In this document: positions 23,402 to 35,170 of the stretch, in pieces
Position numbering within the stretch: position 1 is the first letter of the stretch
How the letters are laid out: the number at the start of each line of letters is the position of its first letter
Origin: Azolla caroliniana
Lineage: Eukaryota > Plantae > Polypodiophyta
Length of the DNA: 64,000 bases
NCBI GenBank assembly: GCA_043228905.1
Contig: JBHGNT010000018.1
Location: 15,438,001 to 15,502,000 of the forward strand
Reading direction: 5' to 3'
Notes under the pieces: model-generated
Databases searched by the model: none
What the model was told of the DNA's origin: nothing
What the model saw: only the letters and a program-made list of their open reading frames with translations
Program-made: the position numbers and the translations under genes

Positions 23402-25031
23402 AGAGGGCTATCAAGGCGTGGGGCCGCGGTAGTCTGGACACCTCTGAGAAACCCCACACATGTACCATAGATAGGAAGTTTTGGTTCTCCGATAACGGAG
23501 GTTGTTCTATAGCCAGCATCAACGACCATGAAAAGAAGCGGGCGGAGGAAAGATTCAGGGTGTGCGGTGTCCTCGGCCCTGGCGAAGAGATTGGCGGCGC
23601 CATGGAGGCGGTCTCATTCGATGACACCTTGGGGAAATTACGCGGTGTGGTCGAAGAAGGCCTTAGTGAAAACTAGATGATTCCGGTTAACTCAGTGGAG
23701 ATGCACGAAGTCATTGCTGACTTTGGAAAAAGGGTTGAGTCAGACTGAACGACTCACGTGGATACGAGGTACAAGACTGTGGACCAGAAGGTGAGGCCAG
23801 TCGCGACTCCCTTGCCGGAGGACAACAATGAGCGGATGAAAGGGGTCACGTCTGACCCAAGTTTGCGGAATCCGGCCGGCATAGGACACCGGTTCACCGA
23901 CATAACGCTACGGGAGCTCAAGGTTGGTGGGGGTGGCTTTCTACTGCCGGTGGACGAGGACCGGTTTCGAAGGATGCACGGAAGGCACAGGAAGGCCTTC
24001 GCATTCTCACCGGAGGAGATCGGGTGTGTAGACCTGATGATCGTAGAACCGATGGTGATATTCACGGTGCCTCATGTGCCGTGGAATCTCAAACCGATTC
24101 CGGTACCCAGAGCTCATGTCCTGAAGTTGATGGAGCTGCTAGAAAGTGGAGATGGGCATCCTTGAGCCATCGAGTGCCCCGTATTCGAATCGGTGGTTCA
24201 CCATGCCAAAAAAGAACGACACGCTGCACTTCATACAGGACCTGCAACCGGTCAACAAGGTGACCATTCGAAACGCCGGAATCGGACCGACAATCGATGA
24301 GTTCGCGGAGGCCTTTGTTGGAAGGTCAATCTATTCAGTTGGTGATCTATATTTGGGGTATGACCAATTCCAACTAGCCGTAAAGAGCAGGGATATCATG
24401 ACGATGCGGACTCCTCTTGGCCTAGTGCGGATGTGTACCCTGCCACAGGGAGGAACCAACTCGGTGGCGCACATGGTGAATGCAATGAACAAGGTACTGA
24501 GGGATTGCATCCCGGACATCACCATGCCATGCTTGGATGACATCCCGATCAAAGGATGTCCGGTAGGGAATACAGAAGAATCGCTCGGGCCAGACAGATG
24601 CCGAAAATTCGTCGCGGACCACATAAACGACTGCGAGAAGGTGCTACAGAGACTTGAGAGCGCGCGACTCACCTTCTCCGGAGAGAAGTTAGCTTTCAGG
24701 CAGTCGGAGATCCTGGTAGTTAGGCACTTGTGCGGGTCTTACGATGGGAAACCATCTCCGACGAAGGTAGAGGCCATCTCTGCGATGTAGGATGATTGCG
24801 GGTCGATTACGGAGGTCCGGGGGTTCTGGGGGGTGTGTGCGTTCTATCACGTTTGGATTCCACACTACGCACACATCGCGGATCCACTCTACGGGCTGCT
24901 GAGAAAGGGCATAAATTCGAATGGGACTAGGAGCATACAGAGTCGATCCGGAGACTGAAGGAGGTGCTTACTGCGGCACCGACTCTCTGGAAAGCGGTTT
25001 ACGGCAAGGAGGTCCCAATCTACATAATCGT
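23392..25031 (+). pseudogene. Element A pol, RT and start of RNase H (interrupted by element B)
   Basis: YKTVDQKVRPV, DLQPVNKVTIRNAG, GYDQF, LPQGGTNS, PCLDDIPIKG. Confidence 0.88.
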
Positions 25032-25657
25032 TGTCGTGAAGAAAACCGTCCACAAGCGGAATCGGTGCACCGGAGCGTAGGAACTGGCTCTTCATGCACG
25101 TGCGCCTTACGTTGTACATAGGAGATCCTAGGCAGGTAGATTTGGTAGGTAAGAAGTAAAGGGGAAATGGCTCCTTCCTGGCTAAAAAAAAAGGAGGGAG
25201 ACGAGGAGGAGGAGGGGGATCGCGGAGAGTCGAGGACGAAGTGCTGTCGGTTCGTGGGTGAAGGCTCTCTCTCTCTCTCTGGTTCGCAAACGCCATAGCT
25301 TCCTTTTGTGCAGGTTTCGGGAGGCTTGCGCTGCTCTGAGGAATGCCCGAGTGCTTCCGGCAGCACCTCCAACCTACTCCTTCCTTTCTGTGCGTTTACG
25401 AACAGGTATCGGCATTTGTTCGTCGGCCTGTTCGGTTGTAACCGACTCCGTGTTGTGTTGTTTGTCTTTGTTAATACATACATACGTTCGTGTCTCTCTG
25501 TGTCGTTGTCCCACTCGCGTCTTTGTGTCGAAGGGCCGTGTCCCTGTGAATCTACTCTCGCACATAGTGGGTCTCTTCTCCTTTCTCTCTTGCTCTTCGG
25601 TATAGGACCCCCTGAGGTCCCGCCTCATTCCACGCATCCGCGAGGAATACCTCGACA
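25032..25657 (+). repeat. Element B 5' LTR
   Basis: Direct repeat of 40478-41073 with an extra ~30 bp segment. Confidence 0.95.
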
Positions 25658-25700
25658 TCTTGGTGAACCCGATGTGAAGGAGGCGGCAGAAGAGCAGAAG

Positions 25701-26749
25701 ATGAAAGGGTCGGATCTTGCAGAGGCCATGGCTTCGGCCGTGGATCGGATATTGAGTGCACGCGAGGGCATCGGCGCCCTCGACAGAGCCATTGAGGCGG
25801 TCGTCGGTACGATTGGCCGGTTCAGCAGAAAGGATGCCACGAAGTATTTGGCGACCTACGGGGCAGAAATGCTGATGCGGGACATTCCGGAAGAGAGGCG
25901 TCTTGCCGGGTTTCCTCGAGTGGCGATGCCGAGCATCCATGCGGAGGTGCTCGAGGTGTGGGCGGAGAGCCATACCTAGGAGGAGTTCAAAGGCCGACTC
26001 CTAGAAAAATACGGGCTGGACGACGCGCTCCGGCTTTCGAAACGGGACTTCATGGAATGGGTGGAGTTCCCCGGCAAGGGAAGGAACGCGACGGCACTCC
26101 TCCGGGAGTTTGAAGAATGCTTTGCACGCCTTTCGGCGCTTGACCGAACCATTCTGGATACGAGCCGGGTCCTACTGTTCGTCAAGTCGGTGGATGAGCG
26201 GGACCGGGACCATGTCGGCTCCTTGTTGGAAACCGAGGACGGGCTGACAACCGACTGGGCTGCGGTTAAGAGAGTCTGTGGCTGTTTCGATAAACGGCAA
26301 GAATGGGCTGACAACGGGGCGGCCGGTGCGGGCTCTGTCACAACAAGGAGGCTTGAACCGGCACCGCAAGTGCGAAGGGAAGAAACCCGGGAACGGCTCG
26401 AAACCGGTCCGGCTTCGACCGGCATGGTCAATGGCTCGTCCGGAGGAGCAGCGTTGGAGGAGTTGACGCGGGCGATAAAGGATCTCCAGATCGCCTAGAC
26501 TCGAAGGGAAGGCGGCGAACCGGATCGTGACCGACGACCGGCAACAGGGAACAGGTGCATGTGGTGCGACGAGGTCGGCCACATCCGGAAGGACTGCGGC
26601 GATTTCGCAGAAGCGTTGAGGAACCGGGTGGTGTACCTGTGGGAAGGCCGGGTGCACGCCGACGACACCAGGAGGGCCTTGAACCGAAACGACGGGCGAG
26701 GAGGAATGAAGAGACTGATGGAAGAGGCAGCGGCCCGACACGTGGAGGC
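25701..26749 (+). pseudogene. Element B gag, 5' part
   Basis: Homologous to A gag; CMWCDEVGHIRKDC zinc knuckle; TAG stops at ~25977 and ~26496. Confidence 0.88.
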
Positions 26750-26835
26750 TGTTGCAGACAAGGCCGTCAATGCGGAAGATCAAGTAGCATTCGATTCGAG
26801 TTTGAGTACCTGCGTATGACAGTTTCCAAGATCGT

Positions 26836-26870
<35 letters not shown>

Positions 26871-29800
26871 GAGGCACAAAAGACTCTTTCTATTCAATAG
26901 AAACAATAATACAACCAACCTTACAAAAAGGTTACAAGGTCACTATATATAGTGACCGACTTAGGGCAACTACCATTTATGCTAATTACACAAATGGCCC
27001 AAACTTGATCTATACAAAGGGATAGTGTGAATACGTCCATTATACACTTGTATTCGACACTCCCCCGTAATGGGCGTATACATGGGTTATCTAAGATTAC
27101 AGGTATAAACCTAGGTTCTCGGACATATTAGTTTTGTTCGAGTCGGCAGGGTCCGAAGGCAGAAGACCGGACTGGTCGGGTCGGAAGAGTTGAAGCCGAT
27201 CATTAAGGAACTGATGTCGATTGTCTGAAACCATCCTGCGCTGTGTCCGGCTCTAACCGGACTGGTTTGTCGTTACGCCCATCTGATGCCGAAGGGACCG
27301 AAAGCGGTCTGCCGAAAGACACTTGGTCATTCCATCTGCGACATTGTCGGTTGTGGATATTTTCTCTAGACCGATTTTCCCTGAAATGACGCAGTCCCGA
27401 ACGAAGTGATATCGAACGTCGATATGTTTGGAGGCGTTGTGGTGAACCGGATTTCTCGACAAGGCAACAGCACCTTGACTGTCGCTATAGACAACTGGGG
27501 CCGAGTCATGGTCGACTTGTCGAAACGTGTGTGCCAGCCGGCCGAGCCACAAAGCTTCTTTTGCAGCGTCGGACGCAGCTACATATTCTGCTTCGGTCGT
27601 TGAGGTCGCTGTGCACTCCTGAAGTTTCGACTTCCACGAAATTGCTCCATTGCCGAATTTGAAGCAGTATCCAGTTGTTGATTTCCGATTGTCTATACAG
27701 CCGGTGAAGTCCGAGTCGGTGTAACCGACTACGCCTGAGGTTGAGTTCGGACCGAAAAGAATGCCGTGGTCTTTTGTGCCAGCCAGATATTTGAACACAT
27801 GCTTGACTGCGTTCCAATGCGATCGGCCAGGATTGTGCATAAATCTGCTAACGACTCCTACGGCATGAGAAATATCAGGCCGTGTCGCGACCATCAGGTA
27901 CATAAGGGAGCCGACTGCCGGTGCATACGATACCGACTTCATATCTTCCCCCTCCGGACCGGATGTCGGGCAGTCTCGCTGAGAGAGCCGAAGATTCATG
28001 GGGAGCGGGGTTGAAGCAGATTTGGCTGATTGCATGTTGAAGCGTTCCAAGACACGTCCGATATAGTCGGTCTGAGACAAAAAAAGATGTCGTTTATCGC
28101 GATGCCGACTAATCTTCATGCCAAGTATGTGTCGTGCCGGACCGAGGTCCTTCATGGCAAACTTCAACCGCAATTGCCGAATGAGATCGGCAAGTTCGCC
28201 CGCGTGGCGTCCAGAAATTAGCATGTCGTCCACGTAAATGATGAGGAAGATGGGTGATCCATCGTGAGCTGTGTTGGTAAAAAGACAATGGTCCTCATCG
28301 CTTTTTGAGAAGCCGATCGATTGGATGAAGTCGTCGAACTTCTTGTACCATTGTCGCGGTGCCTGTTTGAGGCCGTATAGACTCTTCCTGAGTCGGCAGA
28401 CTAGATGTTCTTGGCCAGTTGCCACGAAGCCTTTTGGCTGCTCCATATAAATTTCCTCTTCAAGATCACCATGGAGGAAGGCTGTTTTGACATCTAGCTG
28501 AATCAGCTCCAAGTTGTCGGCTGCCACTACGCCGAGTAGAAAACGAAGGGTTGTCATTTTCACCACTGGTGAAAAAATCTCGTCGAAGTCGACGCCATAT
28601 TCTTGTCGGAAGCCCTTCGCAACTAATCTGGCCTTGTACTTTGGGGTGGTCGAATTAGACGTCTCTTTTAGTCGATAAACCCACTTGCAAGGAAGAGCAC
28701 GTCGATTCTTAGGTAGTTCGACCAGATCCCAAGTCTTGTTTGCCCGAATGGAGTGCATTTCCGACTCCATCGCCAGATGCCAGGTGGCTGAATCGACAAA
28801 TGTCGATGCTTCTTCGTAAGACGTCGGTTCGCCGGCGTCGGTGAAGAAAATTCCAGGAGAATACCTCTCCGGAGGTTGCGACAGTCTCTCGGATCGTCGA
28901 GGTATGATTGGACTGGTCGCATCGGGTATCGAGGTCGGATGGTCCAAAAGCGAATTATTCTGTTGTGCCGAGTCAGAGTTGTCCGAGTCGGTGGTGTAAG
29001 GTTCAGCTACCCGTGAAGCTGACCGTGTGTTAAGAGCGGGGCCTTCTTGAAGGGTCGGCACATCGGAAAATGTTACCCTTTGGACTTCGATCGGTTTTTC
29101 GATTGATGGATTCATAGCCGACTCGTTGAACACAACGTCCGAACTTCGAACGATTTGTCTGCGTTCGGGGTCCCAGAGTCGGTATCCCATTTCGCCATCT
29201 GATCCATATCCAAGGAAAATGCATTTCCTGGACCGAGGTGCAAGTTTTCGGCGATCATCTTTCGGAATAAGGGCGTATGCCTCGCATCCGAAGATCCTCA
29301 GCTTGTCGTAATTCGGCTTACTGCCGATCCATAGTTCCTGAGGAATTTGAAGTCCTAGAGGTCTGCTTGGCGACATATTGATTATGTGTACTGCCGTGAG
29401 TAGAGCCTCTGCCCAGAAGCCATCCGACAGTCCGGAGTGTTGGAGCATGGAAACTATCCGTTCTTGGATTGTCCGATTCATGCGTTCTGCAATCCCGTTT
29501 TGCTCCGGACTGTGTGGTGCCGTAAATTCACGTCGGATGCCGCGTTGTCGGCAGAATTTGACGAATTCTTCTGATTTGAACTCTCCCCCATTGTCGGTCC
29601 GAAAGCATTTCAGTTTTCGGTCAGTTTGATTTTCTACCATAGCGAGCCAATCGGAGAAGATCGAGAAGACACGATCTTTGGTGCGAATTGGATAAGCCCA
29701 CACCTTTCGAGTCGAATCGTCAATAAAACTGATGAAGTAAGAGGCACCGCCGAGAGACTGATGCGGCATTAGGCCACAGACGTCCGAGTGGACTAAATCG

Positions 29801-32067
29801 AGAGGTCTCGTTTCTCTTGGTGCTGATGTCGGGTGTGATGCGGCTGCTTGTTTGCCATACTGGCAGTGTTCGCAGAATTGATGGTCCGAGAAGGAGAGTT
29901 TAGGGATGTATCCGGCTCTAGATAGGTGCGTAATGCCGGCCTTGCTGAGGTGTCCTAATCTTCTGTGCCATAGTGATGACACAGGAATATCCACCAAAAA
30001 CAGGTTACCCTCTCTGAGCGTAACATGTAACGGATACAGTGAGTGTATCTTGGGTCCTCTAGCAAGCAGGAGGTTCCCCCTGTGGAGTGTCCACCCTCCC
30101 GAAGAAAAACCGGCACGAATGCCGTCTTCATCTAGTTGTCCGACTGAGATCAATGGCCTTGAGAGCTCGGGTACATGTCGGACATTGTGAAGTACAAGTG
30201 TAGAGCCACCTGCAAGGTTGAGCTCTACTGTGCCGATTCCAATGATGTCACAGTGTCGCGAGTTGCCGACTCGAACTGAGTCGGAGTGACGGATCGTATA
30301 TTGCTGAAATTGGGATCGATGAGGAGTCACGTGAAATGACGCGCCCGAATCTAAGAGCCATGTGCTCGATTCTTCAGTCGTGAGCAGAACTTCTGATCCG
30401 ACTGGATTTTCGATTGATAGTATATTCGGGTCGTTTGGTAGCACATCAGCTGAGAAGCTGACGTAATTGATCTCCTCATGCCGGCCACTCTTCTTGTCTG
30501 ATTTCTGAGACTTGTCGTTCTTGTTCTTGAGTGCGCGGCAGTCGGCTTTGATGTGTCCAGGTTTCTTGCAATAGTTGCAGATTCGATTATCCCGTGACTG
30601 GCTCCGTCTTCGCTGATTGTTCGGCTGCCGTGAGGAATCTCTTCCTCGTATGATCGATCGGTTTGTCGAACCTTGTACTACATAAGCGTCGTCTGTTGAG
30701 TCTTTGGCGAAAGACTTTCTCCGAGCTGCTTCGGTCAGGATTGCGCTCGTGACTTCGGAGTATTTAACAGCCGTGGTTGACACGTTGCACACGGTTGTGA
30801 CGAAAGTTTCCCATGATGAGGGAAGGCTGCTCATGAGTATCATTGCTCTGAGTTCATCCTCGATTGCCGTCCCCTGAGATGAGATTTGGGAGCTTATCCT
30901 TTCGTACTCATTGAGATGTGCTTGAACTGAATCTGATTCTTTCATCCGCAAGTTGTAGAGGCGCCGGATCAGAAACATCTTTGTTGCAGCGACCTTCTTT
31001 TCGTAAGTGTCCGACAGTGTTTTCCACAGTTCGAATGCTGTCGTACACGATTGCACCGTAAAGTATACCGATTCCGATAGGTGCATCCGAATCGTGGCGC
31101 GGACGATTCTGTCCAGCTTCTGCCACTCAATTGGTTTGTATCCTTCTGGAGGTTCTTCATTTTCGATGGGATCGATTTGCCCCTTGACTATGAGATAGTC
31201 CTGCATTTGCTCCTTCCAGAAGTTGAAGTTCGATCCATCGAACTTTCGTAGACTCATTTCTGACGAGCCGGATGTTGATGCCATCAAATTTGGTTTCGGT
31301 TGACGAAGCTCGGTTCGGAGTTGACTACGAACCTTGTTGGAGTGCAGCCGGTTGGCTCACCCGATATCGTTCTAGTCGGATTTGGACCCGAGTCGGTTCG
31401 GCTTCGGATATATGTATTGTTGAACTTGCTCGAATTGACTCCGGTAACTTGAGGGACAGAACCGACTGGTCTTCCCGAATGTTGCCGAGTCGGAGTGAGC
31501 CCGGTTCGCTTCCGAATATATATGCCAAATACCGATTATTGAAACCGATTGTCTGGACCGATTCTGCTTCGGGTGACTGCAGCGACGAGAGAGACGGATC
31601 CAACTGATCCTCCCGAATGTCGATCAGCCGGATGAAGCACGAATTTGGGTTGTTGTCTTGAGACCGATCTGCACCGAGTGGTTACAATGAGCGGCGAGCA
31701 GCGTTTGATGACCTCTTCGGATGCCGTTTAACCGAGTGGAGCACGATCGTGTCAATGTTGCACAAGGGGATTTCACCTCGAGCGGTTACGATCACAAGGA
31801 ACAGAGTACAACCGGCTGGCTTACTCCAAGCGAAGATGATCTAACGCGATGAGATGCAAGCCTCGTTTTTCTTCTTCTTCTCTCTTCTTCGAATGACGCA
31901 AGAAACCGAATGCTGTGCAGGCTGAGACGACGGCCGACAGCGGGTTGAAGGACCGAATACTGTGCAGGCTCTGATACCAAATGTTGCAGACAAGGCCGTC
32001 AATGCGGAAGATCAAGTAGCATTCGATTCGAGTTTGAGTACCTGCGTATGACAGTTTCCAAGATCGT

Positions 32068-32128
<61 letters not shown>

Positions 32129-32317
32129 GAGGCACAAAAGACTCTTTCTATTCAATAGAAACAATAATACAACCAACCTTACAAAAAGGTTACAAGGTCA
32201 CTATATATAGTGACCGACTTAGGGCAACTACCATTTATGCTAATTACACAAATGGCCCAAACTTGATCTATACAAAGGGATAGTGTGAATACGTCCATTA
32301 TACACTTGTATTCGACA
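26750..32317 (-). mobile_element. Element C: intact, very young Ty1/Copia LTR retrotransposon inserted in B gag
   Basis: LTRs 26750-27059 and 31982-32317 read as identical except for (GA)n length; 5 bp TSD GAGGC; tRNA-iMet PBS TGGTATCAGAGC (31968-31979, - strand); PPT ACGGGGGAG at 27060-27068. Confidence 0.97.
27253..31287 (-). CDS. Copia Gag-Pol polyprotein, 1344 aa, uninterrupted
   Basis: KFDGSNFNFWK; CNYCKKPGHIKADC; WLLDSGAS; WHRRLGH..CEHC; RTDNGGEF; YKARLVAKG; QLDVKTAFLHG; YVDD; GYTDSD; KHIDVRYHF. Confidence 0.97.
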   Translation of the reverse strand: MMASTSGSSEMSLRKFDGSNFNFWKEQMQDYLIVKGQIDPIENEEPPEGYKPIEWQKLDRIVRATIRMHLSESVYFTVQSCTTAFELWKTLSDTYEKKVAATKMFLIRRLYNLRMKESDSVQAHLNEYERISSQISSQGTAIEDELRAMILMSSLPSSWETFVTTVCNVSTTAVKYSEVTSAILTEAARRKSFAKDSTDDAYVVQGSTNRSIIRGRDSSRQPNNQRRRSQSRDNRICNYCKKPGHIKADCRALKNKNDKSQKSDKKSGRHEEINYVSFSADVLPNDPNILSIENPVGSEVLLTTEESSTWLLDSGASFHVTPHRSQFQQYTIRHSDSVRVGNSRHCDIIGIGTVELNLAGGSTLVLHNVRHVPELSRPLISVGQLDEDGIRAGFSSGGWTLHRGNLLLARGPKIHSLYPLHVTLREGNLFLVDIPVSSLWHRRLGHLSKAGITHLSRAGYIPKLSFSDHQFCEHCQYGKQAAASHPTSAPRETRPLDLVHSDVCGLMPHQSLGGASYFISFIDDSTRKVWAYPIRTKDRVFSIFSDWLAMVENQTDRKLKCFRTDNGGEFKSEEFVKFCRQRGIRREFTAPHSPEQNGIAERMNRTIQERIVSMLQHSGLSDGFWAEALLTAVHIINMSPSRPLGLQIPQELWIGSKPNYDKLRIFGCEAYALIPKDDRRKLAPRSRKCIFLGYGSDGEMGYRLWDPERRQIVRSSDVVFNESAMNPSIEKPIEVQRVTFSDVPTLQEGPALNTRSASRVAEPYTTDSDNSDSAQQNNSLLDHPTSIPDATSPIIPRRSERLSQPPERYSPGIFFTDAGEPTSYEEASTFVDSATWHLAMESEMHSIRANKTWDLVELPKNRRALPCKWVYRLKETSNSTTPKYKARLVAKGFRQEYGVDFDEIFSPVVKMTTLRFLLGVVAADNLELIQLDVKTAFLHGDLEEEIYMEQPKGFVATGQEHLVCRLRKSLYGLKQAPRQWYKKFDDFIQSIGFSKSDEDHCLFTNTAHDGSPIFLIIYVDDMLISGRHAGELADLIRQLRLKFAMKDLGPARHILGMKISRHRDKRHLFLSQTDYIGRVLERFNMQSAKSASTPLPMNLRLSQRDCPTSGPEGEDMKSVSYAPAVGSLMYLMVATRPDISHAVGVVSRFMHNPGRSHWNAVKHVFKYLAGTKDHGILFGPNSTSGVVGYTDSDFTGCIDNRKSTTGYCFKFGNGAISWKSKLQECTATSTTEAEYVAASDAAKEALWLGRLAHTFRQVDHDSAPVVYSDSQGAVALSRNPVHHNASKHIDVRYHFVRDCVISGKIGLEKISTTDNVADGMTKCLSADRFRSLRHQMGVTTNQSG

Positions 32318-32322
32318 GAGGC

Positions 32323-33400
32323 CATCCACTACTCGGCGTCGGCCGGCATTCGGGTCGGGGGCAGCGAGGCCCGAAAGGAGGGCAAAGACGGATTCTGGTC
32401 GGCAATGCTGGAAGGTCTTGCCGGCGCACGGCTAAGGAAAGATGAAACGGACCACGCTGAGAGACGGGTCCGGGAAATAACCGGGTGGAGCGATCCGGTC
32501 GAGGAGAAGACGGGCTTTGTAGAAGCCGCCTGCCGGAACTACGAGGCTCTGGTTGAAGACAAACGGGTGGGGAAAGTCGGAGCGGCCGGGCGCTCACAAC
32601 GGTACGAGACCCGATTCGGGCAACGACGGAACGATGCCGGTGGGTCCAGCTCGCAAGATAACCCCAGGAAGGGCGGATACTGATTGGGGACGGAAATAGA
32701 AAGGATTACGGACCTACGAAAGGTCCTAGAAGAACGGATCCTCAACAGCAAAGTGGAGCTGTCATTGCGGGAGGTGCTAGGGATCGCCAAGAAGGAGTTC
32801 CACGACTCCATTGTGGACCTGGTGAAACGGAAGAGGCTGTCAACGGAGACGAAACCGGAAAGACCGGTGGAGGTGCGGACGACGCACATCGACGACATGG
32901 CGTTGGAAGATGAGTGGGCGGAGAGCCACTATTCAAAGCCGCACTGGGCCCGAGCAACCACGGAGACCCCGATAAAGATCAGAGATGTTCAGGAACCGGT
33001 GGTGGCATTGGTGGACCATGGTTCGGAAATAAACCTGATGTCCATGGACTTCTATAAGAAGGGGAAGAGGCCGATCAACACCAAGCACGGGTGGAAGATA
33101 CGGGCGGCGACGCGCGCCACCGAGGAACTGCATGGGGCCTGCCCGAACGTGCGAGTCAAGATCGGCGACGTCGAGATTGACCAGCACTTCTTCGTACAGG
33201 AGACGTCCTCGCACCCAGTCATATTAGGGGAACCATACATCACGGCGGCGCGAATGGAGACCAAGGTGCTGGACAACGGTTCAGCCTACGCGAGGGTCAA
33301 AAGCCAGGACGGGCGCCATTCGGTCCAATTTCTGACGGTGCGGCCGAACCACGAGCGAAACCGCGAATCCCTCGGTGGCGAGAACCGGGAGGATTTTTAG
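32323..33400 (+). pseudogene. Element B gag 3' part and protease
   Basis: Frame resumes after the TSD (EAIHYSASAG); protease VALVDHGSEINLM...ILGEPY; one TGA at ~32681; ends GAT TTT TAG. Confidence 0.88.
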
Positions 33401-33455
33401 AGAGGGCTGCCAAGGCATGGGGCCGAGACAGCCCGGACACTCGGGAAAGACCCCA
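33391..33455 (+). promoter_or_regulatory. Predicted -1 ribosomal frameshift signal (G_GAU_UUU plus stem / pseudoknot); homologue at 23392-23457
   Basis: Heptamer directly before the ORF1 stop; -1 frame open from there into pol; 6 nt spacer; stem GGGCTGCC/GACAGCCC; possible second stem TGGGG/CCCCA. Confidence 0.7.
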
Positions 33456-35170
33456 CAGCTATACGATAGAACCGAAACCGAAGAAACCCTGTACGATAGG
33501 TAGGAGATTTTGCTTCTCCAACGACGGAGGGTGTATGATAGTCGGCATCGTCGGCCGAGAAAGGACAAGGGCGGAAGTGCGACTTCGAGCGTGCGGAGTT
33601 CTCGGCCTGGACGAGGAAATCAGCGGAGCCGTGGAGGCGGTCTCCTTCGACGACACCTTGGGAATGCTGAGGAAGGTAGCCGGAGAAGACCTTAGCGAAG
33701 ACCGGACGATATCGGTATGTTCCGAAGAGATGTACGAAGTCATCGCGGACTTCAGTCGGGGGCTCGGGTCGGATCGGACAACCCGAGTTAGCACGAAGTA
33801 CAAGACTGTGGACCGGAAGGTAAGGCCAGTCGCGGCACCCTGGCCGGAGGGCAGCGAGTCCCGAATCAGAGGGGTTGCGTCGGACCCCAGTTTACGAGAT
33901 CCGGCCTGCATAGGACACACCTTCACCGACGGGACGCTCCGGGAGGTCAAGATCGGTGGGGGCGGGTTCCTACTGCCGGCGGAGGAAGACCAGTTTCGGA
34001 GAATGCTCGGAAGGCACGGGAAAGCCTTTGCATTTTCGCCGGAAGAGATCGGGTGCGTAGACCCGACAAACGTGGAGCCGATGGTGATATTCACGGTACC
34101 ACATGTGCCGTGGAATCTCAAGCCGATTCCGGTACCAAGAGCTCACATCCCGGAGTTGATGGAGCTATTGAGGCAGAAAGTCGATATGGGTATTCTCGAA
34201 CCGATGGTTTACCATACCAAAGAAAAACGGAACATTGCGCTTCATTCAAGACCTGCAGCCGGTCAACAGAGTGACCATTCGGAACGCGGGAATCGGACCG
34301 ACCATAAACGATTTCGCGGAGGCCTTCGCCGGAAGGTCGATTTACTCGGTCGGAGATCTGTACTCGGGGTACGACCAGTTCCAGCTAGCCGTGGAGAGCA
34401 GAGACATTACGACGATGCGAACTCCCCTCGGCCTAGTGCGAATGTGTACCCTGCCGCAAGGAGGGACCAACTCGGTGGCCCACATGGTGAATGCAATGAA
34501 CAAGGTACTGAGGGATTGCATCCCGGACATCACCATGCCGTTTCTAGACGACATCCCTATCAAAGGGTGCTCGGTGGAAGAGAAGGACGAGACAGTCGGG
34601 TCGGACGAGTGCCGGTGATTCGTGGCAACACACATCGGCGACTGCGAGAAGGTGCTACAAAGGCTAGAGGATGCGAGGCTCACCTTCTCCGGGGAGAAAT
34701 CGGCCTTCGGGCAATCAGAAATCCTGGTGGTCGGGCACCTATGTGGACCATGTGGCCGGAAGCCGTCTCCGGCAAAGGTAGAAGCCATCTCCACGATGAA
34801 GACCGACTGTAGCTCGGTTACGGAAGTTCGGAGGTTCCTAGGGGCATGCGCATTCTACCACATATGGATCCCGCATTACGCCCACGTTGCGGAGCCGCTA
34901 TACGGGTTGCTGAAGAAAGGGCGAAAATTCGAGTGGCGAGACGAGCACACGGAGTCGGTCCGGAAGCTGAAGGAAGCTCTTGCGGCAGCACCGACGCTCC
35001 GGAGGGCTGTCTACGGGAAGGGTACCCCGGTATACATAACAGTGGATATGAGTCCGACCGGGATCGGATGGGTCGTCAACCAAGAGGACAAGGACGGCAT
35101 TCGGTTCCCGATCCGATTCGGCGCGAAGGTCCTCAGTGAACGACAGCGAGGGTACGCCCAGGTTAAACAC
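33391..35170 (+). pseudogene. Element B pol: RT and RNase H 5' part
   Basis: PFLDDIPIKG RT motif; small deletion with frameshift near 34200; TGA at 34616; interrupted by element D within AQVKH|ELWG. Confidence 0.88.
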
